A DNA stretch of 64,000 nucleotides. It comes from the human T2T-CHM13v2.0 reference genome, Homo sapiens. The stretch lies in NCBI RefSeq assembly GCF_009914755.1, contig NC_060927.1; one strand, written 5' to 3'. A model generated the notes under the pieces. That model saw only the letters and a list, made by a program, of their open reading frames with translations. It made no database searches and had not been told where the DNA came from. Shown piece by piece: positions 58,603 through 64,000 of this stretch; the first letter of the stretch is position 1, and each line of letters starts with the position of its first letter. Both the position numbers and the translations under genes were made by a program.

Positions 58603-58875
58603 TACAGCCCATAGTATCCCTTCACTACAAATTCTCTGAAGACCACCTAAATATCACTTGCTCTGCCACTGCCCGCCCAGCCCCCATGGTCTTCTGGAAG
58701 GTCCCTCGGTCAGGGATTGAAAATAGTACAGTGACTCTGTCTCACCCAAATGGGACCACGTCTGTTACCAGCATCCTCCATATCAAAGACCCTAAGAATC
58801 AGGTGGGGAAGGAGGTGATCTGCCAGGTGCTGCACCTGGGGACTGTGACCGACTTTAAGCAAACCGTCAACAAAG
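58603..58875 (+). CDS. CD200: CD200 IgC2-domain exon
   Basis: cccag|TACAGCCC...AAAG|gtaag; [19 protein letters not shown]...[20 protein letters not shown]. Confidence 0.98.
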
Positions 58876-60379
58876 GTAAGAGAAAGTGAGCAAGGTGGCT
58901 GTGGTTGTGTCTGTGTGCATGGACCTGGAAGGCAGTGAATGTCCTGCAGAGGTTTTCAGCCTCTTAGCATAATCTATTTGGAGAAAGAATGGGGCAAATA
59001 AGGAAAAAACAAAACAAAACAAAAAAATTGAAGAAACAAATAAAGCAAGTTTTACTTTCATAAATGTGGTTCATTGCCCACACACCAAATGCTGTTGCTG
59101 AGATCCATTCATTTATTTATTTCTTCCACTCTACTAACATGTAATTAGGTCTGTTCTGGGCCAGACTTTGAGTTGAACATGAAAAGTGCAGCAATGAGCA
59201 AGACTCAGTCTCTAAGCTTCTAGTCTACTAGGGAATAGAGATAAATGGATGGGCAATTGTAAAACTGTGCATTACATTCTCCAGTGAGAAAGCTATGATG
59301 CACCATGGGAGGATTGGAGGTTGGGAAGGAGGGGCTCAATCTGGGGGAGATTTGGAAGGTTTCCTGGAAGAAGTGACATCTGTGATGAAATCACTGTATA
59401 ATCTACACTGTGAGAAAGGGACCTATCTGAAGTGCTTTCGTCACCCATTTTAAAGCAAACTGCCTCCTATCCAAGTCCCTTTTTGCTTTCTTGTGTTTTT
59501 GTCTAAACTACTGTCTCTGGGCCTCATAGATACAAGAGGTGAGAATGACAGAGGAGAGAATAAAGGGAGCAGAGATTATAAAGACAAGAAGTTTTAGCAA
59601 TAATAGCCACGTCTTTTCTCTGTGTAGTTTTGAAGCACTGACTCTTGATGAAGCAGTCAGTAATAAGCCTCCTAAAAAGTATTACTCCTCTTTTTTGGAG
59701 AAATTATGAGCAATAAACTGGAAAAGCTTTCTACACCCACCTCTTTACTGCAGTGGCCTTTGGAGTCCCTGAAAACCCAGACTAATCAGAAATTGGATAT
59801 TTAGGTAAATTTGGTCAAAAAGACTTGCAGTGTTGGATTTGGATATTTGTGAAGAGATCTTCAGATTCAGCCATGGCAAAGGGTATATTTCCTGGAAAAA
59901 CAAGAACCTAAAAAAGAATGTCTTTTTTTTTTCCAAGAATGCCAGATTTGACTTATATCACTTACAGTGTTTATATACCACTTGTATAATGTTTGTTTAT
60001 TCTGTGAACATTTACCAAAAAACTTCCATGCTCAAAGCATTATGTCAAGCACTGGACCTATAGAAATCAAACAAATCCCTGTCTGAGGTCTGAGGTGTTC
60101 AGTTAAATAATGATGTGACGAATCCCATTATGGAGGTATGGAGAAGATGCTAGAGACTCCCAAATCAAGGAGTTCCTCATTTGCCTTTGCATTGCAACAT
60201 GACACTGAGGAACTGATATTTAGGCTGAGTTGCATTAAAGACATAGATAAGAAGAAATTTACCAAAAACTTTGAGATGAGTTATCTCTGGGGGTTGAAAT
60301 CATGAGATTCATGTTTCTTTCTTTGTACTTCTCTGCATTTTCTACAATTTCCTCAATAAACATGTATTCTTTTAATAGA

Positions 60380-60600
60380 CAGTATGGCAAAGAATATGTG
60401 CTTTAGAGGCAAACAGACTTTCAACCAAACCTTGGCTATCCCATTTGTTATTCTGATTTTGATCTCAGTTAAATTCTCAAAGCCTCAGTTTTCTTTAAAT
60501 CTGTTAGAAAATAATAACTCTTGGGATGTTTTGAGGATTAAATGCGATAAGTTTAAAGCTCTTATTACACAGTAGCCAGATAAAACATGTTAGCTATTAC
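60380..60600 (+). mobile_element. MIR SINE (degenerate)
   Basis: cctcagttttctt...tgttttgaggattaaatgcgataa...tgttagctatta. Confidence 0.65.
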
Positions 60601-60756
60601 TAATATCTAAATATTATTAAAATAATATGAAGTCATACGTATAAACCTACATATGTATGTATTTAAGGATAATTTTAACTAAAAGCTCAACTCTTTTTGC
60701 CTCAACAATTTCCTCATGTGATGTCATTTTCCTTTTTCTTTCTTCAATATCTATAG

Positions 60757-60864
60757 GCTATTGGTTTTCAGTTCCGCTATTGCTAAGCATTGTTTCCCTG
60801 GTAATTCTTCTCGTCCTAATCTCAATCTTACTGTACTGGAAACGTCACCGGAATCAGGACCGAG
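60757..60864 (+). CDS. CD200: CD200 transmembrane/cytoplasmic exon (extends to stop at 60897-60899 if unspliced)
   Basis: tatag|GCTATTGG...CGAG|gtgagt; [35 protein letters not shown]. Confidence 0.97.
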
Positions 60865-62741
60865 GTGAGTTGTCACAGGGAGTTCAAAAAATGACATAAA
60901 TTAAATTTGATTTTTAATGACAATTTGTGAGTCATTTGAAGATATAAATAAGGGAATGGCAACAATGTGTTTTGTCTGTTGTTTCCAAAATACAGAAATG
61001 TTGATACTGTTTTAAAATGCGTCGGGGCATTTTCTTGCAATTGGACATTAAATTGGACATTTCTGCTTTTTGTTTGCTAAGATGACTTAAAAGCTAATGA
61101 AATCAAACAATGGTGATAGAACCAAAGAAAGAAGTCTGGCACCCACACAAGGCCCTTTCCACTCATTAATGAGAAGGACAATCTCTTCTCTTTTTATAGC
61201 ACTTCACAGGCCATCTGCCCATTTAAGAGGCTGCAATTGTCCAATTATGATCACTCATTAAGTAGCACTTTCTGTGTTATACTCCCACGATGCCTCAAAC
61301 ACTGTCAGCATCATGCAAGTGATCCATACTTACAGTAACTGTGTCATGCCATTCTGCCCTTCTAGACTGTAAATTTCTCTTTATCTTTCACAACTATCAC
61401 AGCATCTTATATATACCAGGGTCTGAATAAATGTTAATTTACTGAATGAACTGATTGAGGACAGAGAGAATTTTTAAGGTGATTTTTTTTCAATTCCTTT
61501 TCTCCTATTGTAAATTCAGTACCTCATAAACGCCAGTCTAAGATATTGTGAGAAATTATAAAACAAGAGACACTATAAAGCAAGAGCAGCGAGCTAGATA
61601 GAGAGGAAGAATGAAATGTCTTTGGTTTCTGTAGACAATGCATAATTTATTGAAGTGAATACAAAGCTGCAGTTTATGTTTTGTGTAATGGAAATTTGCT
61701 AGGGTGAAGGGGTGATGTGGGAGTTTCCTCCATTTCAGATGACTGAAGGATAGGGGTCAGGAAAGAAAAATAGTTGGCTTTGATAGCTATTTTAGACTTT
61801 GATTAAAAATCTCACTCATTTTTTCCTTTCATTTTATGTTTTATAGAAATGTTTCCTTTTAGTTTTATGTTTATATTTTTATGTTTTTGTTCATGTTTCA
61901 AGTTTTTGACCACTTTATTTTGCATAATCCTCCAGATTAATTCTTGTGAATTTATAAAACACACAAAAAGCCTTCAGTGTCAGTGGCCCTTTTGCAAAAG
62001 TAGGTAAAGGTATTTGTTCTGTCCAGGAGAGAAGATTACAAATCAGTTAATCTTACTACACATAATTATAAGCCTGTGGAACTCATAAGTGCTCCACAGA
62101 ATAAAATCAAAGACAGAAGTCTGTTTGATTCTACTTTATCCAGAAATTTTTCTTTTCCAATTAGGAAACTGAAGCCCAGAGAGGAAAGCTGACTTCCTTC
62201 CATAAGTTTATACAGCTTCTTAAGAGCAGGCTAGGACTAAACCCCGGTGCCCTGACCTCTGCCAAATGTTCTTCCTGTCATTACTGATGCCCCAATGTCT
62301 TGACTTGAAAGGAGCTATTGTTATCAGTTGCATTCACTTAATCTGTGCTTACTGTCTATGCCCTTTTCTTTTGGAAAGTGCAAGCAGACAAGTATAAAGT
62401 ATTTAAATTCATTTTTAAAAGTCCCTCTTGGGCAAAAGTTTTATAATGCAATCTACTCAAGCCTGAGGTAAATTCTACTGGAAAGAGACATGCAAAATAA
62501 TTACCCTTGTTCATTAAGCAAGTCTTGGATTTTCTGGGAAATATAGTCATTCAATGCCAATATCCGATTCTTGAAGCAAAAAGAATCAGCTTATTTCTCT
62601 GCCCAAGTTTTTCCTCACTTATGAAATAAATACCTGAACCTATGTTGACTCCTGTACGCATCAGGATTGCCATTTACTGATGATGTCTTCATGACATATG
62701 GCCAATTGCATTAATTCCTCTGAATGACTGGATTTTTGACT

Positions 62742-63138
62742 CATTTCTTTTCCATTTGTGTTGCTTACAAAAGATACCTGAGGCTGGGTAATTCATAAAG
62801 AAAAGAGGTTTATTTGGTTTCTAAAGGCTATACAAGCACAGTGCCAACATCTGCTTCTGGTGAGGGCCTCAAGCTACCTCCACTAATAGCAGAAGGAAAA
62901 GGGGAGCCAGTGTGTGCAGAGATCAGATGGCGAGACAGGAAAATAAAAGAGGGTGCTGCCAGGCTGTTTTACCAGCTCTCATGGGAACTAACAGAGAGAG
63001 AACTCACTCACACCAAGGGCATTAATCAATTCCCAAGAGATCTTCCCCCCTTAAACACCTCCCATTAAGCCCCACCTCTAACACCGGGGATCAGATTTCA
63101 ACATAAGGTTTGCAGGATCAAGTATCCAAACTATAACA
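62742..63138 (-). mobile_element. MaLR solo LTR (MSTB type)
   Basis: gatacctgaggctgggtaattcataaagaaaagaggtttatttgg...gccccacctctaacac...atccaaactataaca. Confidence 0.85.
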
Positions 63139-64000
63139 ACTGATTTAGAAATTTTAACAGCCAGATAATTTGGCATCATACACTTACAGCTAGTAAAACC
63201 AAGAGTCAATTATGCTGAAGCTTAAATGCTCAGGGCTAAGAAAATACTGGTTCATTTAGACCAAACTTCAGGTTATACAAAAAGTTGGGACAAAGAAAAG
63301 AGAAAGGACAGAAAATCATAGAAGATAGTGACACTTTTTATTTCTACCATTAACAAATTCTGATTGATATTTTGTGAGGAAGGGAAATAGTCCTACACAT
63401 TTGCCTTCCAGTTGTTTTCATCCTTACTTTTCTTTTCTTTCTCTTTTTCTTTCCATCATCTGAAAACATAAAATTTCCAGATGAGCAGGAAAACACGATT
63501 GGTCCAAAATAATACAAAGGTTTTGAACTTGGTGACCTCAAAAATGGTGATGTGAACAGAAACACTAAAGTGAAGAGGTGGAACTGAGAGAGAGAGAGAG
63601 AGTGTGTTTAGAGTTTGTAGAAAAGCAAAGGAGACAGACGAATAAGTTTTTGAATTTATTGAGTGTGAGCAGACAAAGAATTATCTTCATGTAGCTGTCC
63701 AGTAGCCAATAATAAAAATCTGGTAAGTAAGGTAAGTCTGTTAAGTAAGGTCAATTCTGTGTTGGGTAAATGACCAAAACAGAAGTTTATTTTAGGTCAT
63801 AATCACTACTCATTGCTCACAAATGCCTAAGCAAACTTACAGTTACTGATGTTATTTTTACGTAGAAGTTAGACGACCATTACTTTTCTTGTGATCCTGT
63901 ATAATGCCAGAGAGCATGACGTTGGTTTTTTCCAACTGCGAAGTAGCACAGGCCATTTTTCTGCACCACTCCTGATAGAATTATCACAGTTACTTCCCAG

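Overview
Primate (very probably human chr3q13) genomic DNA. The right third holds most of CD200 (OX-2) on the + strand: CpG-island exon 1 (MERL), a 75-nt cassette exon, and the signal-peptide, IgV, IgC2 and TM exons; the terminal exon lies beyond the window. Near 5.2 kb a minus-strand non-coding first exon with MYB/CCAAT/CRE motifs is probably the SLC9C1 (sperm NHE) promoter; that name comes from recalled gene order. The ~39 kb between the two is dense in transposons. The best finding is a nested stack: an old L1 contains a MER2, which contains a 5'-truncated PPP4R2 retrocopy, which contains an ERV3/HERV-R-family provirus (Arg PBS, GTGT TSD). The provirus is multiply deleted and shows pervasive G->A, APOBEC3-like hypermutation, with about 13 Trp codons turned into stops. 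Also present: an independent solo LTR of the same family, a twin-primed L1, and two short local non-tandem duplications. I see no evidence for a new multi-gene system. Repeat subfamily names and protein matches are from memory, not from database searches.
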